Positions 1 to 10,946 of a DNA stretch of 64,000 bases are shown in pieces. Under the pieces are notes generated by a model. It made no database searches, was not told the DNA's origin, and saw only the letters and a list, made by a program, of their open reading frames with translations. The stretch is from Elusimicrobia bacterium UBA5214 (GTDB taxonomy: Bacteria; Elusimicrobiota; UBA5214), in the NCBI GenBank assembly GCA_002412545.1, contig DHVG01000002.1, positions 130,095 through 194,094 on the forward strand, given 5' to 3'. Each line of letters starts with the position of its first letter. Position 1 is the first letter of the stretch. A program made the position numbers and the translations under genes.

Positions 1-1
1 C

Positions 2-541
2 CCTGCGGATGCTTGGGGAATCTGGTTTGAATACCGCCAGAAACTATGGAAAAATTTGGAATTGTATTTTCGTCAATGGAATGACCGTAGAGAACGGTAT
101 TTTTATGACTCCAAGACACAAACTGGGACACAGGTTGCTCAATACCGTTATCGTTCCCGGTATCAGTTAACCTGGCAGAGAAAAGAAAACTTGCGTTTTC
201 GTATGCGTTATGAAACAAAAAAAGAAAGATATCCGGACTTAAACCAGAAGGATTGCGGTGAACTTTATTATTTTGATGTCCTTTCTCGGATTGTCCCTGG
301 ATTTAATTTGAATGCAAGATTAATACTTTTTGATGCAAGAGATATTTATTTAAGTGAAACTGAACCTTACTGGAATGATGTTTATTTGTCCCAACTTTTA
401 CCGAAGAAAAAAGGAGAAAGGTTTTATTTTCTTATTGAAAAGAAATTAACTAAAAATATCGCCTTCTGGATAAAATTTGAGCATATTTTAACTGAATCCA
501 GAGAACAAAGGATTAAATTCCAGTTTGATTTTTACCATTAA
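2..541 (+). CDS. 3' part of a hypothetical, probably outer-membrane beta-barrel protein (5'-truncated by window edge)
   Basis: Frame is open from base 2; alternating aromatic beta-strand pattern; C-terminus KFQFDFYH. Confidence 0.5.
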   Translation, partial: PADAWGIWFEYRQKLWKNLELYFRQWNDRRERYFYDSKTQTGTQVAQYRYRSRYQLTWQRKENLRFRMRYETKKERYPDLNQKDCGELYYFDVLSRIVPGFNLNARLILFDARDIYLSETEPYWNDVYLSQLLPKKKGERFYFLIEKKLTKNIAFWIKFEHILTESREQRIKFQFDFYH

Positions 542-626
542 ATTGAGTATACTCTCTGTTAAAATATCAAATATCCAAAACAAAGTTCAAAATTTTGGAT
601 TTTGGTTGTTTGAATCAAATAAAAAG

Positions 627-1484
627 ATGCGGAAAATAAGAGTTGAAGAAATAAGCAAAACCGTAAGGAATTTAGCCTTAAAGGCCAATTATCGTATCCG
701 TCCCGATGTAGAGAAAGCATTAAGAAAGATTTACAAAAGGGAATCATCACCCTTATGTAAATGGGCAGTTGCACAAGTTTTGGAGAACCTGCGGATTGCG
801 GAAAGAGAACAAATACCGGTCTGTCAGGATACCGGTTTTGTGGTTATCTTTGTAGAATTAGGTGAAGAGGTAAAAATTGAAGGTAATCTTTATCAGGCAA
901 TTGAAAAAGGAGTAAGGCAAGCATATAAAGAAGGATATTTTCGTGATTCAGTAGTAACTGACCCGCTTCGCCAAACCAACGGACGAACGGACAAACGGTC
1001 TAACGCCAAACGGTTTTCCGAAATCCATCTTGAACTTGTCCCGGGTGACAAATTGAAAATCAATTTAATGCCAAAGGGTGCCGGGAGTGAAAATAACAGT
1101 GCTTATATAAACCTTCTGCCGGGTATTGGGGAAGAAGGGGTAAAAAAATTTGTCCTGGAAACAGTTGAAAAAGGCGCATATACTTCCTGTCCCCCGATAA
1201 TTGTGGGAGTCGGTATTGGCGGTAATTTTGAAACTTGCACATTGTTAGCGAAGAAAGCATTACTCCGTCCTTTAGGTTTACGACATCAAGATTCTTATTA
1301 TGCACAATTGGAAAAGGAAATCTTGAAGGAAATAAATGCTCTTGGTATCGGTGCACAAGGTTTTGGAGGAGGAATAACTGCATTTGATGTTTTTATTGAA
1401 ACTTATCCTTGCCATATCGCTTCCTTGCCGGTAGCAGTAAATTTACAATGTAATGCCTGCCGACATGAAGTAGCCCGGTTCTGA
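627..1484 (+). CDS. Fe-S fumarate hydratase / tartrate dehydratase alpha subunit
   Basis: Motifs CQDTG, PKGAGSEN, CPPIIVGVGIGG, PCHIASLPVAVN.QC; ATG at 627 preferred to 525 because the extra N-terminus is repeat-derived. Confidence 0.92.
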   Translation: MRKIRVEEISKTVRNLALKANYRIRPDVEKALRKIYKRESSPLCKWAVAQVLENLRIAEREQIPVCQDTGFVVIFVELGEEVKIEGNLYQAIEKGVRQAYKEGYFRDSVVTDPLRQTNGRTDKRSNAKRFSEIHLELVPGDKLKINLMPKGAGSENNSAYINLLPGIGEEGVKKFVLETVEKGAYTSCPPIIVGVGIGGNFETCTLLAKKALLRPLGLRHQDSYYAQLEKEILKEINALGIGAQGFGGGITAFDVFIETYPCHIASLPVAVNLQCNACRHEVARF

Positions 1485-1485
1485 A

Positions 1486-2052
1486 ATGAAAAGATTCTTT
1501 ATGCCTTTGGATGAAAAAATACTCTCTGAATTGGAAATCGGAGATAAGATTTTGTTAAACGGAGTAATTTATACGGCGAGGGATGCCGCCCATAAGAAAA
1601 TAGTTGATAGTTTAAAGTTAAAAGTTAAAGGTTCAAAAATGAAACTACCTTTTGAACTTAGAGGTGCCGTAATTTATTATTGCGGACCGACACCGGCGAA
1701 ACCTGGACAAGCGATTGGTTCGGCTGGTCCGACTACTTCTCTAAGGATGGATATTTATACACCAACTTTGTTAAAATATGGTTTAAAAGGAACAATTGGT
1801 AAAGGGAAAAGGTCTAAAGAAGTAGTGGAAGCAATGAAAAAAAATAAAGCGGTATATTTCGTTGCCGTCGGTGGTGCCGGTGCGTTTCTTTCCAAACGGA
1901 TAAAAAAAGCCGAAATAATTGCTTACCCCGAACTTGGTCCGGAAGCAATTTATCGTTTAGAAATAAAAGATTTTCCGGTAATTGTAGCTAACGATATTTA
2001 TGGTAATGATTTATTCTTAGAAGGGAGAAGGGAATATGCTCTTAGCGATTGA
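1486..2052 (+). CDS. Fe-S fumarate hydratase beta subunit
   Basis: TARDAAH, YYCGPTP, GPTTS.RMD, IGKG, LGPEAI motifs; directly follows the alpha subunit. Confidence 0.92.
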   Translation: MKRFFMPLDEKILSELEIGDKILLNGVIYTARDAAHKKIVDSLKLKVKGSKMKLPFELRGAVIYYCGPTPAKPGQAIGSAGPTTSLRMDIYTPTLLKYGLKGTIGKGKRSKEVVEAMKKNKAVYFVAVGGAGAFLSKRIKKAEIIAYPELGPEAIYRLEIKDFPVIVANDIYGNDLFLEGRREYALSD

Positions 2053-2857
2053 TATTGGGAATACGAATATTTGTCTTGGCGTATTCAAGGGTAAGAAATT
2101 ATTATATTCCTGGCGTTTGGCAACTAATAAAGAAATTACCGGTGATGAATACGGATTAAAAATTTTGTCTTTATTGAATAAGGTTAATCTACGAACGGAA
2201 AAGATTAAAGATGTGATAATTTCCAATGTCGTTCCACCGCTTACTGGAGCATTTAATGAAATTAGTCAAGAATATTTTCATCGTCAGCCACTGACGGTTA
2301 CGGTAAAAATGAAGACCGGTTTAAAAATTTGTTACTCTAATCCGGAGGAAATCGGTGCGGATAGGATTGTGGACGCAGTTGCTGGCTACCATCTTTTTGG
2401 TGCCCCTTTAATTATTGTTGATTTTGGCACCGCAACAACTTTTGACTGTATTGGTAAGATGGGGACTCACCTCGGGGGAGTATATATTGGTGGAATGATT
2501 GCACCGGGAATAAATATCTCTGCGGAAGCATTATATACACATACAGCGAAATTACCCCGTGTAGAAATCATTAAACCAGAAAGAATTATCGGTAAAAATA
2601 CAGTAGAAAGTATGCAAGCAGGAATATTTTATGGATATATCGGATTAGTTGAATATCTTATTCAGTGTTGCAAGAAAGAACTTATTCATTTGCAATTAGC
2701 TAAATCAATTGATAAAATAAACGTTATTGCTACTGGTGGATTAGCAGAACTAATTGCTAACGAGACTAAAACAATTGAAAAGGTAGTTCCTGAACTTACT
2801 TTGGAAGGATTACGGATAATTTGGGAACTTAATAAAAACGCGAATAAAGGGAGGTAA
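2036..2857 (+). CDS. coaX: type III pantothenate kinase
   Basis: IDIGNTN, GADR, VDFGTATT, ATGG, LTLEGL motifs. Confidence 0.95.
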   Translation: MLLAIDIGNTNICLGVFKGKKLLYSWRLATNKEITGDEYGLKILSLLNKVNLRTEKIKDVIISNVVPPLTGAFNEISQEYFHRQPLTVTVKMKTGLKICYSNPEEIGADRIVDAVAGYHLFGAPLIIVDFGTATTFDCIGKMGTHLGGVYIGGMIAPGINISAEALYTHTAKLPRVEIIKPERIIGKNTVESMQAGIFYGYIGLVEYLIQCCKKELIHLQLAKSIDKINVIATGGLAELIANETKTIEKVVPELTLEGLRIIWELNKNANKGR

Positions 2858-2863
2858 AAAGCG

Positions 2864-3634
2864 GTGAAGAAAGAGAAATTGATATTAGGATTTGTTTGGT
2901 TTTTAATTTTTTTTGTTAGTTTATTTTCAGTAAGAATAGTTTATGCACAATTTGGTGATTTATGGGGAGAGCTGAAAACAGAAATTGAAGGTAAAAGTGA
3001 AGAAATTGTTAAAACCGAATACCTTGAACCTTTAGCGAAAGATGTCGGGAGTATTATTGGTGGGGGTTCTTTTCATACGGGTAAATCCTGTGGTTTTCCG
3101 GGATTTGACATTGGTGGACATTTACCAATGATTAGTAAACCAAGTAAAGAGAATAAAATCCTACCGGCAGAACAGATGTATGGTCTACCTTGGGTTCAAG
3201 CAGAAATTGCTCTTCCTGTACCTTCGTATGATTTAATTTTGAGAGGTTTTTATCTTGGTGAATCTGGAGGAGGGATTTTTGGTATCGGGGTTAGATATTC
3301 TTTACTTTCGGGTGTGGTTCCACTAACTCCAGCGGTCTCACTTTCAGTTTTAGCTAATCAGTTGAAACATGAAAAACTTAATGTTTATAATTTTACTCTC
3401 AACAGTGTAGTTTCTATCGGTTTACCGGCAATTACCCCTTATCTTGGGTTAGGTATTGATAGTACTACGGTACAGGAAAGAGTTTTACCGGAACATTTGG
3501 AAGCAACTGCTTCTGGTTGGCGTTTAATTGGAGGAGTAAATTTGAAACTTGTACCAACGACTTATCTCCACATTGGTATCGGTTCCTATAACGGTATTTT
3601 TGGTGGTGAGGTAGGCGTAGGAATAAACTTTTAG
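2864..3634 (+). CDS. secreted outer-membrane beta-barrel-like hypothetical protein
   Basis: Signal peptide ending VYA-Q; Gly/aromatic strands; C-terminal Phe (GINF); GGAGG RBS. Confidence 0.55.
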   Translation: MKKEKLILGFVWFLIFFVSLFSVRIVYAQFGDLWGELKTEIEGKSEEIVKTEYLEPLAKDVGSIIGGGSFHTGKSCGFPGFDIGGHLPMISKPSKENKILPAEQMYGLPWVQAEIALPVPSYDLILRGFYLGESGGGIFGIGVRYSLLSGVVPLTPAVSLSVLANQLKHEKLNVYNFTLNSVVSIGLPAITPYLGLGIDSTTVQERVLPEHLEATASGWRLIGGVNLKLVPTTYLHIGIGSYNGIFGGEVGVGINF

Positions 3635-3641
3635 TTGAGAC

Positions 3642-3758
3642 GATTCAGACAGATAAGGGATTGATTCAAACAGATGTAAAAATGATTCAAATAGATTTTT
3701 ATCCGTTTGAATCCGAGTCGTTATCTTGTTTGAGTTGTCCCATTTATCTGTTTGCATC
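3642..3758. repeat. intergenic inverted repeat built from 13-nt units at 21-nt period
   Basis: GATTCAGACAGAT / GATTCAAACAGAT / GATTCAAATAGAT at 3642, 3663, 3684, then three reverse copies. Confidence 0.85.
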
Positions 3759-3768
3759 GTGAATCTAT

Positions 3769-6700
3769 ATGAGAATTGGTGTTGATATTGGCTCAATAAA
3801 TACAAAAATTGTTCTTCTTGACCAAGAAGATAAAATTATCTGGAAAAGTATCCTTAAACACGAAGGACAACCTTTAGAAATTGTAACTTCTTTTGTAGAA
3901 GAACTTTCTAACCAATTTGTTAGTCAAGATAATCAATTGTCTCTCAGCTTTACTGGTTCAGGAGGTGAATTTTTTGCTCGTCTTTTAGATACAGAATATG
4001 TAAACGAAATTATCGCTCAGACAAAGGCAAGGGAATTTTTATATCCGCAAGTGAAAACGATTATAGAAATCGGGGGAATGAGCACGAAAGTTATATTTTT
4101 TACCGGTGATGGTAAAAATGGGAACATAAATGATTTCGGTATGAATAGTATCTGTGCGGCAGGGACGGGTTCATTTCTTGACCAGCAAGCCAGACGGTTA
4201 GGTCTATCAATTGACGAATTTGGACAGAGAGCGGTGAAAGCAAAAAATATCTCTCGTCTTGCTGGTCGTTGCAGTGTTTTCGCAAAAACGGATATGATTC
4301 ATTTACAGCAAATGGCGACACCGGCAGAAGAAATTGTTGCTGGGTTATGTTTCGCTTTGGTGCGTAATTTCCAAGGAACAATTTTACGGGGGAGGAAAAT
4401 TGAAAAACCAATCCTTTTTCATGGTGGAGTAGCCGCAAATCCAGGGATAATCCGGGCTTTAAGAGAAATATTTGAATTAGATGATACCGCTTTAATTATT
4501 CCTGAATTATATTCTTATTTTAATGCTTTTGGGGCAACATTTTCTAAAAGTAAAGCAAAGAAAACTAATTTAACCGTGCTATTGGAAAAATTAAGGAATT
4601 CGCAAGTTGTCTTTAGACGGAAGACACTCCCACCTCTTAGCTCGGGTATTTTTGCGGACAATTTAAAAAAGACAGATAATAATCTTTTAAATTTTTCTAA
4701 TTTATCAGAAGAGATTAACGCTTACTTAGGTGTTGATGTCGGTTCAATCAGTACAAATTTAGTGGTAATTGATGAACAAAAGAACCTTTTAGCAAAACGG
4801 TATCTCTGGACTGCCGGTCGTCCCTTAGAAGCAATCCAAAAAGGTTTAAGTGAAATAGATAACGAAGTTGGGAAAAAAGTAAAAATTTGTGGTGTCTGCA
4901 CTACTGGTTCAGGTCGCTATCTTACGGCTGATTTTCTCGGTGCGGATATTGTAAGAAACGAGATTACTGCTCAGGCAACTGCAGCTAAAGAAATTGACCC
5001 GCAAGTTGATACAATATTTGAAATTGGTGGACAAGATTCAAAATTTATCACTCTTAAAAATGGTGTGATTACTGATTTCCAAATGAATAAAGTCTGTGCT
5101 GCCGGAACGGGTTCATTTCTTGAAGAACAAGCGGAACGGTTAGGGATGGAAATTGAGCAGGAATTTTCTCAATTAGCTTTAGCCGCGGATTCACCGGCAC
5201 GTCTCGGTGAGCGGTGTACAGTATTTATGGAAGAAGATTTAGTTAATCAGCAACAACAGGGAGTAAAAAAAGAAGATTTAGTTGCTGGACTTTGTTATTC
5301 CATAGTAGAGAACTATTTGAATCGTGTAGTTAGTGAAAAAAAGATTGGTAAAAATATATTTTTCCAGGGTGGTGTTGCTTTCAACCATGGTGTAGTGGAA
5401 GCATTTAAAAAAGTGCTTAAGGAAAGAGTTGGTGAGTGTAAATTTACTGTTCCTGAGCATCACGAAGTTACCGGTGCACTTGGTTGTGCCTTGATTGCTT
5501 TAGAAAATGCGTGTAGTTCAACTGCCGGGCATTGTTTTTCCACTAACTTTAAAGGTTTTGATTTAGCAAAAAGAAAATACGAACTGAAGAGTTTTGTCTG
5601 TCCGGACTGTGCTAATCATTGTGAAATAAAAGAAGTTGTTGTTGAAGGCGAGAAATCTTTATTTTATGGTTCAAGATGCGAAAAATATGAAATTAACCGT
5701 TTTAAAGTGAAAAGAAATATTCCTGACCTTTTTGCTGAACGAGAGAAACTTTTACTTAGCACTTACCATTCACCACTTACCACTTACCACTCACCAATTC
5801 GTATCGGTATTCCCCGCTTTTTTACTTTTTATGAATTTTACCCTTTTTTTAATTGTTTCTTTTCTGAATTAGGTCTGCAAGTAGTTCTTTCTGATTCAAC
5901 CAACCGCAAGATTATTAATCAAGGTTTAGAGAATGTACCGGTAGAATCATGTTTTCCCCATAAGGTAAGTCATGGACATATTTTGAATTTATTAGATAAA
6001 AATGTTGATTATTTATTTCTACCGAGTGTGATTAATTTTCCAGCAATTCAGAAAAGTATTAATAACAGTTTTACTTGTCCTTATGTGCAGACTTTACCTT
6101 ATGTGCTTAAAGTAAGTTTAGAAGAAAAAATAAAAGAAAAAAAGGTAAAAATTCTTCAGCCGATACTGTATTTCAGGGAAGAAAAGTTATTGTTTGAAGC
6201 AATGAAAAGGATAGCCCAACAATTGGGTTTTAAGGGAAAGAAAATAAAAAAAGCTTTCCTCCGGGGACTGGAAATACAAAATACTTTTTCTCAGCAATTG
6301 AAAGAACGCGGTAGAGAAATATTAGAACAATTGTCAGAAAATGAAAAAATTTTCGTTATTGTAGGTCGTTCATACAATAGTTATGATCGGGGGATGAATT
6401 TAGAAATAGTAAAAAAAATAAATAATCTCGGGATACTTACTTTACCGCTTGATTTTCTCCCTTTAGACAATGTGGATATTTCCGAAGAATTCCCGAATAT
6501 GTACTGGCTTTTTGGACAAAGGTTTTTAGCGGCAGCGGAAATAATTAAAAAAGATAGACGTCTCTATCCTCTTTATTTAACAAATTTTGCCTGCGGTCCG
6601 GATTCTTTTATTCTTAAATATTTTAGAGAAAAAATTTTACCTAAACCTTTCTTGGAAATTGAAATTGATGAACATAGTTCCGATGTAGGAATTATTACCC

Positions 6701-8064
6701 GTTTAGAAGCTTTTCTTGACAGTATTAGTGATTCCAAATTCCAAATTCTCCATCCTCCGTCCCCCCTGCTTCGCTTTGCGAAGCAAAGCGGGAGGGACTG
6801 CGGAGGACGGGCAAATTTCAAATCTCAGATTTCTATGGCTACCAGTTTTCACTTTACTCCTTCCACCTTACACCGTAATTGTACTCTTTACATTCCTAAT
6901 ATGTGTGACCATGCGCATATTTTAGCAGCGGCATTTCAGGCATTCGGAGTAGATGCAGATGTCCTTCCGGAATCCGACGAAGAAAGTATCTGCTGGGGTA
7001 AGAAATATACTCTCGGCAAAGAGTGCTATCCTTGTATTCTCACTACCGGAGATATGGTGAAAATTATCAAAAGTAAAGATTTTAATCCAAAAAAAATAGC
7101 ATTTTTTATGCCTTCCGGATGTGGTCCTTGTCGTTTTGGACAATACAATTATCGTCAACGATTAGTATTGAAAGAGTTGGGTTATCCGGAAATACCCATA
7201 TATGCTCCTAACCAAGATGAGAATATTTTTCGTGACTTAGGTATTGTTGGTGGCAACGGTTTTGTGCGTTTAGCTTGGCAGGGAATAGTCGCTGGAGATA
7301 TTCTCTTCAAAACTCTTTGTAAATTTCGTCCCTATGAGATAAACCGAGGAGAAAGCGATAAAATATATCAAGAATCTTTGCGGGGAATATATCAGGTAGT
7401 CAAAGAAAAAGGAGACCTCTTAGGGGTAATGAAAAAAATAAACAAACAATTTCAAAATATTCCCCTTGACCGTAAAAAGAAAAAACCTAAGATTGGTATT
7501 GTTGGAGAAATATATATCCGTTCAAATCGTTTTAGTAACTACAACTTAATCCGCACTTTGGAAGATTTGGGTGCGGAAGTTTATCTGACGCCAACTACTG
7601 AATGGTTATATTATGTCAATTATCTCAACCAGCGGCGTTCCTGGGGAAAGAAAAGTTATTTAGAATTTCTCTCTTTCTGGATTAAGGAAAAATATCAGAA
7701 GTCCGATGCCCATAGTTTGGAATGTTGTTTTGCTGATATTCTCTCTAATGGTAAGGAACCTTCAACTAAAGAAATACTGAATTATGCGAGTCCTTACCTT
7801 CATCCTTCTTATGAAGGGGAAGCAATCTTGAGTATTGGTAAAAGTATTGAATTTTTGAAAAACGGGCTTAAAGGAATAATCAATGTATTACCTTTTACTT
7901 GTATGCCTGGCACGATAGCTACGGCAATCTTGAAAAAAGTTAGACAGGATTATACTGGTTTTCCTTGTTTAAGTATTATTTACGATGCCCAGGACGACCC
8001 TTTTCTGAAGACCAAATTGGAAGCATTTATTTATCAAGCTCAAGGATACGGAAGTCGGGAATGA
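3769..8064 (+). CDS. 2-hydroxyacyl-CoA dehydratase activase-like multidomain protein (two BadF/BadG/BcrA/BcrD ATPase domains plus dehydratase-like C-terminus)
   Basis: Two GVD(I/V)GS..T / EIGG / CAAGTGSFL repeats; C..C.N.C; NFACGPDS; ECYPC; GPCRFGQY; PFTCMPG. Confidence 0.9.
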   Translation: MRIGVDIGSINTKIVLLDQEDKIIWKSILKHEGQPLEIVTSFVEELSNQFVSQDNQLSLSFTGSGGEFFARLLDTEYVNEIIAQTKAREFLYPQVKTIIEIGGMSTKVIFFTGDGKNGNINDFGMNSICAAGTGSFLDQQARRLGLSIDEFGQRAVKAKNISRLAGRCSVFAKTDMIHLQQMATPAEEIVAGLCFALVRNFQGTILRGRKIEKPILFHGGVAANPGIIRALREIFELDDTALIIPELYSYFNAFGATFSKSKAKKTNLTVLLEKLRNSQVVFRRKTLPPLSSGIFADNLKKTDNNLLNFSNLSEEINAYLGVDVGSISTNLVVIDEQKNLLAKRYLWTAGRPLEAIQKGLSEIDNEVGKKVKICGVCTTGSGRYLTADFLGADIVRNEITAQATAAKEIDPQVDTIFEIGGQDSKFITLKNGVITDFQMNKVCAAGTGSFLEEQAERLGMEIEQEFSQLALAADSPARLGERCTVFMEEDLVNQQQQGVKKEDLVAGLCYSIVENYLNRVVSEKKIGKNIFFQGGVAFNHGVVEAFKKVLKERVGECKFTVPEHHEVTGALGCALIALENACSSTAGHCFSTNFKGFDLAKRKYELKSFVCPDCANHCEIKEVVVEGEKSLFYGSRCEKYEINRFKVKRNIPDLFAEREKLLLSTYHSPLTTYHSPIRIGIPRFFTFYEFYPFFNCFFSELGLQVVLSDSTNRKIINQGLENVPVESCFPHKVSHGHILNLLDKNVDYLFLPSVINFPAIQKSINNSFTCPYVQTLPYVLKVSLEEKIKEKKVKILQPILYFREEKLLFEAMKRIAQQLGFKGKKIKKAFLRGLEIQNTFSQQLKERGREILEQLSENEKIFVIVGRSYNSYDRGMNLEIVKKINNLGILTLPLDFLPLDNVDISEEFPNMYWLFGQRFLAAAEIIKKDRRLYPLYLTNFACGPDSFILKYFREKILPKPFLEIEIDEHSSDVGIITRLEAFLDSISDSKFQILHPPSPLLRFAKQSGRDCGGRANFKSQISMATSFHFTPSTLHRNCTLYIPNMCDHAHILAAAFQAFGVDADVLPESDEESICWGKKYTLGKECYPCILTTGDMVKIIKSKDFNPKKIAFFMPSGCGPCRFGQYNYRQRLVLKELGYPEIPIYAPNQDENIFRDLGIVGGNGFVRLAWQGIVAGDILFKTLCKFRPYEINRGESDKIYQESLRGIYQVVKEKGDLLGVMKKINKQFQNIPLDRKKKKPKIGIVGEIYIRSNRFSNYNLIRTLEDLGAEVYLTPTTEWLYYVNYLNQRRSWGKKSYLEFLSFWIKEKYQKSDAHSLECCFADILSNGKEPSTKEILNYASPYLHPSYEGEAILSIGKSIEFLKNGLKGIINVLPFTCMPGTIATAILKKVRQDYTGFPCLSIIYDAQDDPFLKTKLEAFIYQAQGYGSRE
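5754..5795 (+). repeat. in-frame 7-mer array (ACTTACC x6) in the activase
   Basis: acttagc acttacc attcacc acttacc acttacc actcacc; encodes LSTYHSPLTTYHSP. Confidence 0.9.
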
Positions 8065-8148
8065 GTGCGGGATTATGAACCGACTTGCTCGGTAGCTCCT
8101 GCCTGTACCACTGACCTATAGGGAAGAAAAAATTTTTTTCTGCTGGTC

Positions 8149-8177
8149 TTGACAAAAAATTTTAATTATGCTAAAAT
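8149..8177 (+). promoter_or_regulatory. sigma70 promoter of groES-groEL
   Basis: TTGACA (8149) - 17 nt - TAAAAT (8172) with extended TGn; A/T-tract UP element upstream. Confidence 0.8.
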
Positions 8178-8203
8178 TAGCACTCTCAAATTAAGAGTGC
8201 TAA
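8177..8203 (+). promoter_or_regulatory. CIRCE element (HrcA operator)
   Basis: Perfect TTAGCACTC-N9-GAGTGCTAA upstream of groES. Confidence 0.97.
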
Positions 8204-8281
8204 TTTTTAGCGAATCCTTTTCTATCTTTCGGCGTCTAAATAAATAAGTATAAAAAAATGAAGAAAGGAGAGTGATGAAAA

Positions 8282-8569
8282 ATGAAAATTAAACCATTAG
8301 GCGACCGGGTAATTGTTAAACCAAAAGAAGTAACCGAAGAAAAAAGAGGTGGAATAATTATTCCCGATACCGCAAAAGAAAAACCACAAGAAGGCGAAGT
8401 AATTGCCGTCGGTCCGGGTAAAGTTACTGAGGATGGTAAACCAATCAAAATGGAAGTAAAAGTTGGCGACCGGATTCTCTATGGGAAGTATTCAGGTACA
8501 GAAATAAAAATTGATGATGTTGAACACTTAATTATGCACCAAGATGATATTCTTGGTATAATAGAATGA
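8282..8569 (+). CDS. groES: co-chaperonin GroES
   Basis: [26 protein letters not shown]. Confidence 0.98.
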   Translation: MKIKPLGDRVIVKPKEVTEEKRGGIIIPDTAKEKPQEGEVIAVGPGKVTEDGKPIKMEVKVGDRILYGKYSGTEIKIDDVEHLIMHQDDILGIIE

Positions 8570-8689
8570 TTACGGTGATTATAGAGGGCGATTACAGAGA
8601 TTTTTCGGGTATAACGAATTGGTTTAATCACTGTAATCAGTCTTAAGAAATCGCTGTAATCAATAATTTAGAAGTAAATGGAGGTGTAA

Positions 8690-10318
<1,629 letters not shown>

Positions 10319-10372
10319 GAAATAGTTGATAGTTATTAGTGTATAGTTAATAGTTAAAACGGTTTAACACAG

Positions 10373-10401
10373 AAAGGCGACTTTTTTGAGTCGCCTTTTT
10401 T
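10373..10401 (+). terminator. rho-independent terminator after groEL
   Basis: AAAGGCGACT...AGTCGCCTTT stem followed by T run. Confidence 0.85.
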
Positions 10402-10406
10402 GTTTG

Positions 10407-10488
10407 CCCCGTTAGAAATTCTGATAAATTAAGCTCAGTGCGAAGAAGTCTCGGCAATATCAAAATGCTCACGAAATTTCTAACGGGG
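10407..10488. mobile_element. 82-bp MITE-like element
   Basis: 14-bp perfect terminal inverted repeats CCCCGTTAGAAATT/AATTTCTAACGGGG flanked by a TTTG direct repeat. Confidence 0.7.
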
Positions 10489-10946
10489 TTTGCAAGAAAC
10501 AACTTGTTCTATTACCTCCCACCGCTAAAGCGGGATCTCCGAGAAGTCAACAAAATTTTTTAGAAAGCCCCTTTGACCCGTAAAATAAAAAATTTTTTTC
10601 TACAGGTCTTGACAAAAAAAATATAATTTTGTAAAATCCAAAAAATTGACAGATGAGCAGTTTTTATTTTAATTTCTGGGCGTTTTGATGGATGATGAGA
10701 AACTCTCTTTCTCTCTCGTAGTATTTTGTCTTAATCAGCACGAATTTATACGAATTCAATCACGAATTTTTACGAATAATGTAGTTGCCGAGTTTGCTCG
10801 GCAGATGTTTTTAAACCGAACTTGTCCTGAATCGTATGGTTCAGGATTTGTTCTCCCCGATGGTCATCGGGAAGAATAGTTCGGTTTTTTTATTTTTCAA
10901 AGGAAGAAGTATTCCAAAAAAAAATTTTTTAAGGGGGTGTAAAAAA

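Noticed and set aside
525..626. N-terminal extension of fumarase alpha (likewise 10836-10946 and 22898-23023)
   Set aside because: Read-through of intergenic repeat DNA; family similarity starts at later ATGs
2459..2482. Hairpin relic in coaX (also weak candidates at 5513-5530, 35924-35940, 54724-54745, 55343-55372, 60041-60060)
   Set aside because: Too degenerate to separate from chance without alignments
3642..3758. CRISPR array, also considered for the 9-mer and 21-nt-period repeats
   Set aside because: Units are too short, spacers are only about 8 nt, orientation inverts midway, and there are no cas genes
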